Of a stretch of 64,000 bases of DNA, positions 35,678 through 49,390 are shown one piece after another (the first letter of the stretch is position 1; each line of letters begins with the position of its first letter). Below the pieces are notes generated by a model. It was not told where the DNA came from, ran no database searches, and saw nothing but the letters and a program-made list of their open reading frames with translations. Origin of the DNA: Octopus sinensis (Eukaryota); the NCBI RefSeq assembly GCF_006345805.1, contig NC_043008.1, positions 76,198,001 to 76,262,000 of the forward strand, written 5' to 3'. Position numbers and translations under genes: made by a program.

Positions 35678-38577
35678 TGTATGTATGTATGTATGTATGT
35701 ATGTATGTGTGTGTGTATGTATGTATGTATGTATGTATGTATGTATGTATGCATGTATGCATGTATGTATGTATACATTCGTTTGGATCTCTAAACATGA
35801 ATATTTAAACCTATCACTAAATCATTTCTTGATAAAACTTTTCTTCTCTTAAGTGCAAGAAAATTTTCGCTCTTAAAGATGTCTGAAAGAGAGGCATGGA
35901 AACAATTTGTTATCAAAATATGGTTAATATCTAACAGTAGAAAAATAAATAAATATGTCTGGAAATTTTTCCCTGACTCACTGTGATCTATATACCGAGA
36001 CATAATATTTCAACTTTAATCTTTCTTAATCTGACTTATAGACATAATTATCAAAGCATAACATTGGTATCTTTATTTCCCGATAGTTTGGAGATAAGTC
36101 AAAACCTGCTTTGCAAAGAATCAATCAAGAGTAGATGTGAAACTATCAAGTATGATTAACATGGGAGTTCTGAATATTAACTCTTTCTTCTTCTTTTCAT
36201 GTGTTGTTGCTGCAGCAACTAATAACACATTTATCTACACAAACATGCTTAAGACACTGTACTTTGTCTAATAATAACCACCGCATATTAACGGTGTTGA
36301 AATGTTAAAACCACTTTACACACTAGCGAGTGTTATTTTGTATTCCTACTATTCACATTACTATGATATATCTAACTTAGTCTGTATTTTCAGGGCTATG
36401 ACAAAGCCTGTTTTCTATTACATTACCATAACATATATCGGTCACTGTTTTCAGTACTATGGTATAGAATGGTCACTATTTGTGTACTGTAATTAATACT
36501 GGTCACTAAATAAACTACTTTAATATTCCTAACTTAGTAGCTATGTAGATAAAATTTGTTTCAAATACTCAATATTTAAAGAATGGTGGATAGAAATAGA
36601 TGATAAACACGTGAGTAACAGGATCACACGTTTTACAAAATCTCTTACATATCTACATACTCTAATACAAACAGTAAGTGTAAAACTTTCAGCATGGCTA
36701 CACACACGGACATCTACACACGTACACACACACACATGTACTCACACACACACACACACACACACACATGCACACACACTCATATATACACATGCATACA
36801 TATATCCATGTACATATATACGTACACACATATACACATACACATACTTTAAATGTAAAAATTTCCCAACAGAACTTGGGCGATATGGAAATATTATAAA
36901 TACTAGAAACAAGAACATGCACTATCCCTTTTACATTGCAGTAAATTAATTCCAGTTTGTATTATTACAATCACATGATTTCAAAATATCTATCGGCTTT
37001 GTAAAAACTTTTTTTTAAAATTTGATTGAATATTAAATACATCGCTGGCCATTTAATCATTTCCGGTAGATAGAAAGAAATGTTATGTTGATGGATGTTT
37101 TATGTAAAATATGTTTGACAAGGACTTCTTTGAATTTAATTATGCAAAACAATGATACAAGTAATTGCGGGTTTATTGTCTTTATAATGTATATAAAGGC
37201 ATGTATCTCACTATATCATCAATTTTACATATTTTTCTAGCTATCTCCAAACATTTCAGTCTGTTTGCGTTTAATTTGTCTACTTTGTGTAATTAACATT
37301 AAAACGATTCAGCAACATATATAATTGCATTCATAGGCACGCATTTCTCTAAGATATAGACAGATATTAAATCTGTTCCGAGTAATTAAATCGTAATTTC
37401 ATTTCACAGTGTTGTATCAGGTTCAAGCAATCCGCAAAACTATCATCGTGAAATATACAAGTTATTGAATCATTTACTACAAACAACTATATTATAGAAT
37501 TGGCAGCAGTTTTCCATGGAAAGTTTAATTAAGTTATTAGCACACCTAGTTTCCTATAATTAACGATAAATTAATCTGAATTAATGCCTCGATATGAATA
37601 CATAACAAGCGGCAGATGTTAGTGTATATCAATTTGAAATTAATTATTTTCAATTGACCTTGCAATAATTATAAACTAGCACTTTACTGTTGTTCTGCTA
37701 CTTAGTTTATTGAAACTAGCTTTAATTATTCCAAGAGGTTGAATAAAACATCGTATCCCGAAAGTACATAAAAATATATAAAAAATAAAATTGTAACTTT
37801 CAGAGAGGACATATTTCTTTTTTATATTCACAGAAGCAGTATTAATATTGCAATGTAAAGGAAGAAAAAGAAGGAAGTGAAGAGAAAATTACGGTAGTCT
37901 TACCAGTGGTTGGGAAAAACGGTTACTTTCAATATCTACGTACTGTCTCGATCTCCAAGTTCGTTCCACGTTCACATGCGCTATCCGTCGCTGTACAGTC
38001 TCACACGTTCGCTCTGATGTGCTGTTCACCGCCAACTAGCCCCTCGTGCTTCGCTGATGCTGCATTTCCAACGCGGCACTTCCGGTGAGATCCACAGGTC
38101 CTACTTCCGACAGGACATACCTACTCCCTTACTTCCGATCCTTCCCTACAACACAGCCTGGCTGATAACACCACATGCCCCTCTGATCTGATGATCATTC
38201 ATCCAGCCTGCCCACGCCCTCTTCTCAATCCCGACCATACGCCTTAAACTTGTCTCGTAAACAGCCAACCTTTGAGGAGGGCACCGCTCCCTCTGTCACC
38301 GCTATGGGACTTCAGGACTTGCCCCAGTTCCTGGAATGTTCCTGCCGGCCTCCTCTTGTCCGTTACTGTTGGCTCCATCCTCCGTCGCAATGATGATCCT
38401 GTGCACATCCAAAACATCTCGTAGCATGCCATCTACGGATAAATTGTTCCTCGAATTCACAGAGGTTATTATAGCCTTTCCCCACTGTGATGTGCATCGT
38501 GCATTTGGAGGCTTAACCCAGACTTCTTCTCCGACCTGCACAAAGGGATGCCCTTTCTCTTCTGCGGGATGCGGCGA

Positions 38578-39009
38578 TCAGGTACATGGATGCCTCCACT
38601 CGTACTTGAATATTTCCCTGTGTGACACTGACTCCTCAGCCTGTCCCGTCCTGGTCGACATATACCAAAAAACGGCCTCGACCGGTGAGATGCGGCCCCT
38701 CTCTGCTATGGTCTTGATGGTACGATGATACCTCTCCACAACCCCATTGACACTTAACCGGTATGCCGCCCTAAAGAGACAGCTGACATACCACTTGCTG
38801 AGCATTTCCCTCAGCACCTCCGAGCGAAACGCCATGCCATTGTCCACAAGCAGCTTATTCACAGGGCCTCGTTCTAGGAATATCTCATTCAGTAGTCTTG
38901 TGATTTCCTCCCCTGTCTCCGTCTTCATCTCAATCCATATGACCAACCGTCCCGGTCCGCAGTCGACACTCGAGAGGTATGTCCCCTGCCTGTAGTGCGT
39001 CACGTCCAC
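38578..39009 (-). pseudogene. Integrase core (rve) of the Gypsy element
   Basis: MDVTHY...LLVDNGMAFRS...SVNGVVERYHRTIK, a DD35E-type core. Confidence 0.9.
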
Positions 39010-39169
39010 TGCCAGTCGTTTCCAGTTCCCAGAGCAGGGTCAATGGACTGGCACCTGTCGCATCTCCCAACTACTTTTTGCACACTCTGCCTGGTCACGT
39101 CAGAGTCAACTTTCCTGGCCAGGAACTGGGTCCTATCCACCCCTATGTGATGCATGGTATGCAATCTCC

Positions 39170-39408
39170 ATCATTAAAGTGGCGAGCTGGCAGAAACGTT
39201 AGCACGCCGCGCAAAATGCTTTGTGGTATTTCGTCCACCGCCGCGTTCTGAGTTCAAATTCCACCCAGGTCGACTTTACCTTTCATCCTTTCAGGGTCGA
39301 TAAATTAAGTACCAGTGACGCGCTGGGGTCGATGTAATAGACTTAATCCGTTTGTCTGTACTTGTTTCTCCCCTGTATGTTTAGCCCCTTGTGGGTAGTA
39401 AAGAAATA
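39170..39408 (+). mobile_element. SINE (family C) inserted in the Gypsy element, 14-bp TSD
   Basis: TSD ggtatgcaatctcc at 39156-39169 and 39409-39422; gagttcaaattcc B box; gtcgataaattaagtaccag core. Confidence 0.92.
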
Positions 39409-41488
39409 GGTATGCAATCTCCTGTGCTCCGAGTCACTCCTTGCTCCAGATCCTCTCGCACCTAACTCCAACCAGGATTTCATTTCCTCTGGTTAGGACG
39501 TCCGCTCTATTCCTCTCTGAGGGCATAAGAACCATACTCAGCCTCAGGTCAAACTCGGCAGCTAGCTCGCCCAGAATTCCCAGACGGCGTTTTATCAGCA
39601 TATCTGCACCCCCTTTGTTTGTACCCTCCGCTCGCCTGTGATCACTGATCCCACCCATCTAAGTACGGTGGCCGAATCGGTCCGGACCTCGATAGTACGT
39701 AGCCTGAACGTGAGAGCCAGGTTCAGCTCTTTCAGCACGGCATCCATAGAAAATTACTCCATGGCTGAGTTCTTTGCAATCCCTCACCCTATGCAAATCC
39801 CAACACCGAAAACTGCCCTTTGAAGGGTCGCACACGTTTCTTGTTTGACCCCTTCTCAGTGTTGCAGTTACTGCCTAAGGTGTCGTCCTACAACACGAGA
39901 CGATGGCTCTGGCCCGAGATATTACCTCTCCCATTGTCATGGAGTGAATGTTCGTCGGCTTTTACAGTTCGACCGACAACTGGTCAGGAAATCCTGTCAC
40001 AAAGGCTAATTTAACGGTTTGTTCTAACGCGCCAACTCTATATTCCACGAGTCTAGCCTGATTTCGTTGGCAAGCCACATCGACCTGTTCGTCCATCCAC
40101 TTTGCTTTCCCCAGTCGACTATATACCATAAATAATACAATAAAAATCTCCATCAGCGGGCCTTCTATTTTTCTGCGCTCAATAGGTCCTTCTCTTCCAT
40201 TTCCAGGTATAGCACCAACGCCGATCCATCGAGGTACAACGGTATATAACTCGCTAGATCATCTATACCTTGGAGTCTTGCCACCAACTTAATTTTTTGC
40301 AGCCAGGCGGTCATATCTCCCTAGCCACAAAGTGGCCTAACCGTTTCATTCAAAACCTGGACCATACTCATCATTTTTTTTTTTGCCGAAATAGCTTGTG
40401 ATGTAAAGGAAGAAAAAGACGGAAGCGGAGAGAGAATTACGGTAGTCTTACCAGTCGGTCCGGAAAAAAAGGTCACATTCAACAAATGGCTCCTCGTGCT
40501 TCGCTGATGCCGCATTCCACAGCGGCATTTCTGGTGGGATCCACAGACCCCACGTCCGACAGGACATGCCTATTCCCTTACTTCCGACCCTCCCCTACAA
40601 CATAGCCTGGCTCATAACACCACAAATATCAAGATGCAATTTTTATCTCCAACTTAATGTGAACGTTGCGTTAGAACAAAGACTACTGCGTTATTTATCT
40701 TGAGAGGACTTCTCATATGGACTAGTAGTATTTATATCAATGACTAAAGAAAACTGCCTGCTACTGCCACTCTTATATCGTTAGAAATTAAACCAAATTG
40801 CATTTTGTTTAAAGTTAGGAATATTTTGTTTATATTTTGAGAACTTTGAGAGAAAGGTAGCATAGACAAATATTGTAACACTCCTCAACTTTAAATACCA
40901 GTGTTACAATTTTAACGACAACAGGTTTTTAATGTTATAAAATCTCTTTATATAAAATATTCCGTGGGGAGAAAAAGAATATAATTTGTGCGACGATACT
41001 GAAAATATATATCCATACAAAATATATAAATTATGCAAAATATATAACATGTAAATTTTGTATCCATATTCCCGAGATTATGGTTCATATGGCAAACCGG
41101 ATCATAGCGGATATATTTGTATATATATTAACACGCTATGCTTCATTTGCATAAGAGTACAGTTGTGTCTGTCTGCGTGCGTGCGTGTGTATGTGCGCGC
41201 GGGTATGTGTAAGTGTGTGTATGCTCACACACACACGCACATACATATATGCATGAACACTTAAATACACATATATACACACGCACTTACGTCAAAACTT
41301 TAGTATTTGATTTATGGGCGTGTAAAATTATTTCTGAAAATAGTTGAGCAGAGATTGAAGGACGATGGTGTTAATAAACCGAAAAGTAGCAGTCATTGTC
41401 TACAACGGTCTCGTAAATACATACATAGATGCGCACGCACGCACACACACACACACACACACATAGACGTTTGAAATAAGAATCAGAA

Positions 41489-41880
41489 CAACTCTTAGCC
41501 ACTAGAAGCTCGTATCCCCAAGCAAGACAGAGCCATATCATCGATGGTTTCGGAATTGATTAAACCTCATCAGTGACTCTCACTCGTTTGCCGAGGGTTA
41601 AATCTAACTCGTTTCGTCCGTATACAGAAAATAGCGCAGGATTCAGTGGCTGATTCAATAAACGCTAAATGCGAAAATTATAAATTATCAAGGTGGCTTT
41701 CTCGCAATTTACAACCAAAAGGCACAAGCATAGACGTCCCTATGGTACCTAAAGGTACTAGTCAGCACAAGTATTGCTAGAGATAAGAGTCGGGGCAACT
41801 CTTAGCCGCGAGACGCACTTCTCTAATGACTGATAAGAGAGATTAGCTCCCTACCGCAAGCGAGACAGAGCCATATCATA
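41489..41880 (-). mobile_element. ~338-bp HHR-containing unit with terminal direct repeat, flanked by (CA)n/(TG)n
   Basis: caactcttagcc...caagcRagacagagccatatcat ends at 41541 and 41879. Confidence 0.65.
41524..41579 (-). ncRNA. Type I hammerhead motif, intact core
   Basis: Minus: gagtca|CTGATGA|gg-tttaatcaatt-cc|GAA|accat-cgatgat-atgg-c-TC|tgtctt; stems partly degenerate. Confidence 0.65.
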
Positions 41881-41884
41881 CATG

Positions 41885-41930
<46 letters not shown>

Positions 41931-42135
41931 TGTGTCTGTGTGAGTGTGTTTACGTGTGTACGAGTGTCTACTAAAGTTCCTTTTTAAAGAAATTTGTATG
42001 CCTGAAAAAATATTTTTATCACTTATCTCAATGGAAATATGCAATTTTCTGCTTTTTTAAATCTCTTAGATTGATGGTAAATTGATTGATCATCTTATTC
42101 ATAATGTATTTATGTGTCTATGTAAATGAGTGTTA

Positions 42136-42183
<48 letters not shown>

Positions 42184-44129
42184 GCTTGTGTGCTTGTTTG
42201 TGAGTGTGTATGAGAGTGTCGTTGGGCAGGCGAACATTGCTACTTCGAAACTTAATTACTTCAGTAAGGCAGCGAAAACTGGTCTTATTTCATGAATCAA
42301 GTAAAACATATGTTCCAAGATCTAAACTTTGAATTTTGTTTTGATTGCAATATTACATCTTTCAACCGCTAAAAGCATTTTTATTTTCTGCTTTAAAGTT
42401 ATTGCATATATTTTCAAATTATTTTTTGTTAAATCGGATTTTTTTCTTCTTTACTTTTTCCTATAATTTTCGTCACTCTGTCAAACACTTGAAATTTCTA
42501 TATGAAAGTGGGGAAAATATGTTAACTGGATAAAAATAAGTAATAACCGATTTCTTGTTTTTTTCTCCCTCCAGTTTTTTAACCACTACAATGCAAATAT
42601 TGTATTCTTATTTTGTGCCCTTGCATCATCATCAGGAGTAAAAATTGGTCAGTATAGTTTATGCTGTTGTTGATCAAGCTGAGAGTTTGAAACAAAGGTG
42701 GCAGATACTGGTTTTTCGAGAAATTTTTCCTCAAATTTAACCCGATTGTAATTGAGGTAGCTAATAAAATATCTGGATAATGTTTGATGTTTAACCATCA
42801 ATATTCTTTTCTCTGTTTCCCTACACTAATAACTAATTGGATAATCTTCAGGTTTCAAAACAAAATCTCTCAATTAGAGCAAAATGAGTAATGACTATTC
42901 GTAATAATTTCTTCTACTTAACTGCATGGTGGATAAATATATCAGGAAAAGAGCCACTTCAACAGCTCGTGAAGAAGCTATAGAGAATATTTTATGTCGA
43001 GTCTTCAGATTTAGTCGAGCTTCGTTAATTCCATATCACGTGTTATTTTCCCATGATTCTTTCATATGGCTAAGATATTTAAAACTTTCGTTGGATTTCT
43101 AATATTTCTGATTTTGAGGGATGGATGTTTACGTGTATAAGTCATCTTTTTTTTTTTTTTTTTGCCCCTTCAATTTTGGAGAATCGAAGAAGTAAATTTA
43201 CCTTATCTTGTCTTACTCATTTTGCCCCGCCAAAATTTGTCTTTTATATACACAAAGAGAACGGCGATGACTTCTGAAATAGTGTTTTGAATATGTTATA
43301 CTTTTTACTGCATTTAGAGAAGGTCTTTGCTTAGCGGATATAGATTTTGTAAGGTAGTAAACTTTTCTAAAATTTATATTTTCTTCCACATCAAAAATGC
43401 AGTAAATATTGCTCATTGTGCTCCACCTGCTCCTCCTGGAAACTGGAAAAGAAGACTTTCGGAATAGCTGTTTGAATTTCACTGTTTTTATCGGGATTTC
43501 CCTTTCTTCTTCTTTTTTGTTCTTTTCAGGCATTGCAAAACAATGAAAGGAAGCCATTTTAAAGAAGAATTTTTAAAATATGTGACTTTTAAATGTTGGT
43601 ATATCCACCCACCAACCTCAGTCGCACACGCACACTCACACACGCACACATCATGCCTTTGGAACAGCAACAACCACAAAAAAGATTTCTTGTCTTTTTC
43701 ATAATTTTTTGTCATTTTATCGTATTCTGAAACATTTGTAATTTGCATTAAAACAAAAAAGGTTTTACCTCATCTTCCGGCCTTCATTGTACAGAGAAGG
43801 AAATGTCAAACACCGCAAAATGGAAGTGTGGAAAACGAAATTTGAATTTTGAAAGTGAGTGTGTTAAATAATAAGGCACTAAAAGAGAATGACTCTCCCC
43901 AGACAGAACAGACTATACTTCAACACACGAACTCATATAAAGAATCTTGCAAACAAAATCCAAAAACGAATTTTGAAAAGTTTATCTATAAAGCGACATT
44001 TTCAGTTATTCATTTAAGCTTTCTCTGCTAACTCATCAAATTTAATTACAAGAAATAGGTGGATTTTCAGATTTAAATTTGGTAATTTTCTAAGATTTTA
44101 AATCTTGTGTATGAGGGGACCCTAGTCCC

Positions 44130-44465
44130 CTATGATCCTATCACTATTATTCCGATCTTGCAGGATAAGATGATAGTACGGGGTCCAAGAATACTTATCA
44201 CCTCGACGGCGACTGGCCCAAACTGAGATTGGCCGGTCAGTCCTTTGTATTTATTAATTTTTCCCTCCTCCGTATTATAGGCGGTGGCACCCGGGTTTGC
44301 AGCTGATAGGGCAAGGTTGTAATAGGAGAAAGTGTCGCTGTACGTTGCGTCCCAGTTTAGGAATCTGCTTCCCTTGAATGAGAAGAGAGTTATTCCATCG
44401 GGGTGCTTACCGTCACCGCGGTCGAAACCCACTGGCCCCAACTGAGGCCCCTTCTAATTGTGTCA
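44130..44465 (-). pseudogene. C-terminal restriction-like endonuclease domain of a CRE-like non-LTR retrotransposon
   Basis: GFDRGDGKHPDGITLFSFKGSRFLNWDATYSDT...PGATAYNTEEGKINKYKGL....FGPVAVE matches the RPDG..WD..K..KY RLE pattern. Confidence 0.75.
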
Positions 44466-44623
44466 TTCAGAGTGGCCTGTGTGCGTGTGTGTGTGTGTGA
44501 TGTATGTATGTATGTATGTATATATATATATATACATGTGTTTGTGTATCTATATTGTGTATATATACATATTTCGCATATATATAAATATATATCAAAA
44601 TAAGCAACAGGATATCTAGAGAT

Positions 44624-44712
44624 GATGCAGTACTACTGTTTCAAGTGACTCCATTTAATTTAACAATGCAATCATTACATCAATTTAAATGCAAGGCAAT
44701 CCTCAGTTGCAT
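44624..44712 (-). ncRNA. Hammerhead-like motif with long stem II insert
   Basis: Minus: atgca-a|CTGAGGA|~55 nt|GAA|ac-agta-GTA|c-tgcat. Confidence 0.45.
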
Positions 44713-45475
44713 AAATAAATAAATAGAAATTTTAATCAGTCGGACACATTTGTATAATTTTACTTAAATCCTCTAAGAGAGTAAGAAGGTAAATAAAGTC
44801 CATGCTGTTATCACTTCAGCTTAGAAGTTTCTAAGACATCAGGGAAAAGCTTGTCACTGATTTTGGTTCAGTTTTAATTTATTAGTGTTGTTTATCAAAT
44901 ATTTGTATATCAGATCTAAGACAGGATAATAGTGTCCGTTAGGTAAGGTAAGGGCATGAAGGAGTTGACAGAATCATAGTGGGAATAGTCATAAAACTTG
45001 TCAAGATTATTTTGAAGTAGTATAAAGTAACTGGCTATAATGAGGTTGGGTAGTGGAAGACCTCAAATCCAGATGTTAGTTACCAGTTAAAGGGGCAAGA
45101 CGCTAATAAAACTAATGATAATAATAGAGAGGAAATTTTATCATGGGGTACTATAGGGGATTGATTTAAACAATATTGTTATATTGTATAAAAATAAAAT
45201 TTAGAGTTATCAAGAAAATATTATGATCAAAATGATAAATTTTGAATAATTTAGAATATATTATACTTAATTATTTACTTATTAGGTGGTATCACTGGCA
45301 TTTACTAAAGGAGTACTGGAGCCATACAATGCCTCTGGATATCCTGTTGCTTATTTTGATTTTATTCACCTTACTTTGAAGTTGTACGGAAAATACCGCA
45401 CTAATTTTTGGTGCTTCAAATTAAGTAACTAATTCATCTGAATCTCATATACATACATACATGCATACATACATT

Positions 45476-45740
<265 letters not shown>

Positions 45741-45744
45741 TGTA

Positions 45745-46250
45745 CTAGCAGTATCGCCCAGCGTTGCTCGGGTTTGTAAGGGAAATAACTATATAAGCAT
45801 TTTTAGAGAGTTACTTCCCTTATAGATGCCAATTCGGGCTTTCTTAGCCATTTCTGTTTTGGTATCTTCAAGCCATGAAGTCGTTGTTCTAAAAGAACGC
45901 TGGTCTCCTTGACAACGCTTTACGGCGTTGATTTCCTTACACTCCGTTCCCCACAGCTTCACGAGGGAGGGAAGAAGGGGGAGAAGCAAACAGGTGCAGG
46001 TGTGACCATGGACGCCAACTCCGCCGCCATCGACACACGAAAAATTATGCATTAAAATGGAATAAAAAATCATGTTAAATTATTTTTAAAATCGTAGACT
46101 CATCGTTGACGCGCGCTAATAGTCAGACGGGCTCGATATGAATCACGACTATAAGATACCCGAATTTCGTTAAACTGCACCGCAAAATGTGGGAGGAGTT
46201 AGGAATCTAAATCGAAGGGGACAGACACTCACACAACTAGAGTTTTATAT
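45745..46250 (-). mobile_element. Non-autonomous Helitron, same family as 29201-29582
   Basis: Reverse 3' end ctagcagtatcgcccagcgttgctcggg; shares gggtatcttatagtcgtgattcatatcgagccc; carries extra internal sequence. Confidence 0.85.
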
Positions 46251-46285
46251 ATATATATATTATATATATATATATATACACGTAA

Positions 46286-46367
<82 letters not shown>

Positions 46368-46442
46368 AACAAAACACGAAGACAGGTGAGTGAGCAACAA
46401 CCACATGTATTACTTTGACGCTCTGGAAGAATGGAAAAGTGA

Positions 46443-46476
46443 TTGACGTCTGGAGCCTACGCTCTTCGACAGAAAA
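46443..46476 (-). ncRNA. Decayed copy of the 11248 hammerhead-like family
   Basis: Minus: tttt|CTGTCGA-A|gagc-gtag-gctc|CAG-AC-GTC; GAAA is mutated. Confidence 0.5.
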
Positions 46477-47884
46477 GGTTCAGATTGAAGAAATGGAGAG
46501 AGAACGAATACAATACGGAGATAAAAATGTGTAGAGCTTAACAGTTCAAGTTTTTATATAATGCATTTGTTGTTAAGCACTAGAATATAAACACATTTGT
46601 AGAAGAAAATGTATAAGGAGAGTACTCGATACAGAAGTAGAGCATTAAAATATTTATTTATAAAGCATATTCAACTCAAGTTCAAATTACATTACGCTTA
46701 GCGTCAGGTCTCCGATTATCAAAGAAAAAAGAACAGAAACACGAAATCTCACAAGGGATGTTCAGTTGTTCAATCAATTAAATTGCTCCTGAATTGAATG
46801 TCGGTGGTTGAGCATTCCACAGACATGCCGAATCATCGTCATATGGTGTGACACAAGGTGCTGTACGTTGGTATTACTGACACAATGCACCAGACGAGCA
46901 TTCTTATCGTTTATCTCAACATATTCTTGCTCAAAATTTATGGATTGATTTCTGGATATAAAAATTGCAGATTTGTATTATGTTTTGTTTTGTTTTGGAT
47001 GTTTATATTTTTCAGAAAAATAGCAAAGTTTATAACTCAACCTTATTAGATAATTCTTATTACATGAAGTTAGTTATCTTTCCCCCAACATACAACGTAA
47101 ACGTTATAATCATAAAATACACTCCAGAAATCAAAGAAACTCCTGGTCATAACAGGCAGTAAAATTTATTTAATGCAAATAGAGAATTATGAATAATTTT
47201 AACTGGCAGCGAATGGCAATTTCCAAATAACCGAGAATTCAGGTCTGCATTCCAAATGCTAAACTATTCCAATGAGCAAACATTTTCACAATCAAAGTTT
47301 ACAAGGTGTAACAATTTTTTTTATATTACCCTAAAGCACAAAAATAATCATATATAATAACAAGGTGGCCCACAAGAAAGACATACAAACGTATCAAATA
47401 TAACGTTGCAACTTCCAAAGACGCGATATTTTCCACAGTTGCCAGAAATATAGAACCAAGTGTTTATCATTCGATTCATCATTTTTTCAACTATCTGATG
47501 TGAAACACACATCTATAATACATATTTTCTCTCTTCTCTATCTTTATGTGAAGGAATCATTGTTTATTATTTCGTGATTTTCAAAGAAATGTAGGATTTA
47601 CAAACACGTACAGTACTCTTCAACTCCAAACATTATGTTACAATTTTAACGACAAAAGGTATTTTATCTCGTATAATCTCTTTATACAAAATATTCCATA
47701 GGGAGAAATGGGTATATTGTTAGTGAAATAAAGCTGAATATGCATGTGTATGCGTGTGTGAGTTTGTATATATGTATATATATATATATATATTATATAT
47801 ATATATAATATATATATATATATGGATATTGTTTATTATATTTATGGATATATATATATATATGGATATATATGTATATATATA

Positions 47885-47940
<56 letters not shown>

Positions 47941-49158
47941 GATATATGCACATATGTATATGTATATCCATACATATTATGTATGTATATATATTATGAA
48001 TGGATGTGTGCAAAATGTAAAATGCATAAAATATCTATGTAAATTCGCAGAGTATCATTTATCTGATTATGTACGTAAACACACAAGATTCATCTATATA
48101 TAACCTCCGTATTCTGCGTTTTTCACTTTCTGCCTATGCGTATATACATGTGTGAGAGTGTGTGTGAGTGTGTATGCGTACGTGTATGTGTATAGGTGTG
48201 TCTGCACGCGTCTCTGTTCGGCCACGCGAGCGCAGAGAGTTAGTAATATAAACTTAGAAACAATGGCATAAGAATATATGGTGTGGGTACGTACTTACAT
48301 ACATACATGCCTATGTATTTACAGTCAGACGCGTTTCTATATATATACATATACATACATACATATTTATATATATACTTACATACACACAAGCATATAT
48401 ACATATATATATACATACATATATGCACACATGCATATATATATATATATATATATATCATCTGTCTCTATATAAATGTTATATAAACGTAAAAATACAT
48501 ATGTACTTGGAAAAGTAAATACATAATACATACATACATACATACATACATACATACATACATACATACATACATACAAACATGCATGCAGGTGTACGTA
48601 CATACTATAATACTGTTTTACATGGAGTTTCCGTGTAAGTTTTGTTTGTCATTCACATTTTGTTTACGCTTTAGTTTATATTTTTCCTTTTATTTTTATT
48701 TTATTTATTTTCTTTTTGTTGAGGATTAAAATACTGAAGTAGTAAGTGGAATTATTAAATTCAACAAAGTGAGTTTTTACTTTTTCATTTATTTATTGTT
48801 ACGTTGTACGTAGCCCCATGGAGAGGTGTGTGAATGTATGTGTGTGTGTGTGTTTGTGGAGTATGTATGTGTATGTATTTGTATGTAGAGGTGTATATTG
48901 CATATGTAAGTGTATGCGTGTCCGTTTGTGTATCTGCGTGTATATATATGTTTCCGTGTGCAAGGGTGAGAATGCGTGCGTGATGAAATGTGCGTGTGCT
49001 CACTTATTTCCACATTCACTGATACACACACTCGCACATTCACTGCGACATACACAGCCACATTTTTCACACGTAACACATGCAAATGCAATTATGTATG
49101 TGTTGAGACAATCTCATACTTAGAGAAGTACATGCATAGATACATACTTGCGTGTATA

Positions 49159-49210
<52 letters not shown>

Positions 49211-49338
49211 ATGTACATATGCGTATACATTCTTGTATGCATATATGTATATTTATACTTTTTGTATATATGTGTGTGTGTGCGTACGTGTATGTCTCTA
49301 TGCTCTCACAAACTGTATGTAAGTGCTTGCGTGTTTAT

Positions 49339-49390
<52 letters not shown>

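Larger units (their letters stand above)
37849..40624 (-). mobile_element. Gypsy-type LTR retrotransposon, PR/RT deleted, with SINE insertion
   Basis: LTRs TG...CA at 37849-38175 and 40397-40624 (latter ~100 bp shorter); TSD AATAT on both sides; gag relic, RNase H (TDSATV..NRADVLTR), then integrase (DVTH..VDNG..VERYHRTIK); PPT-like agagggg. Confidence 0.92.

Noticed and set aside
43213-43557. 114-aa ORF as a gene
   Set aside because: No motif recognised; the length is compatible with chance in AT-rich DNA.
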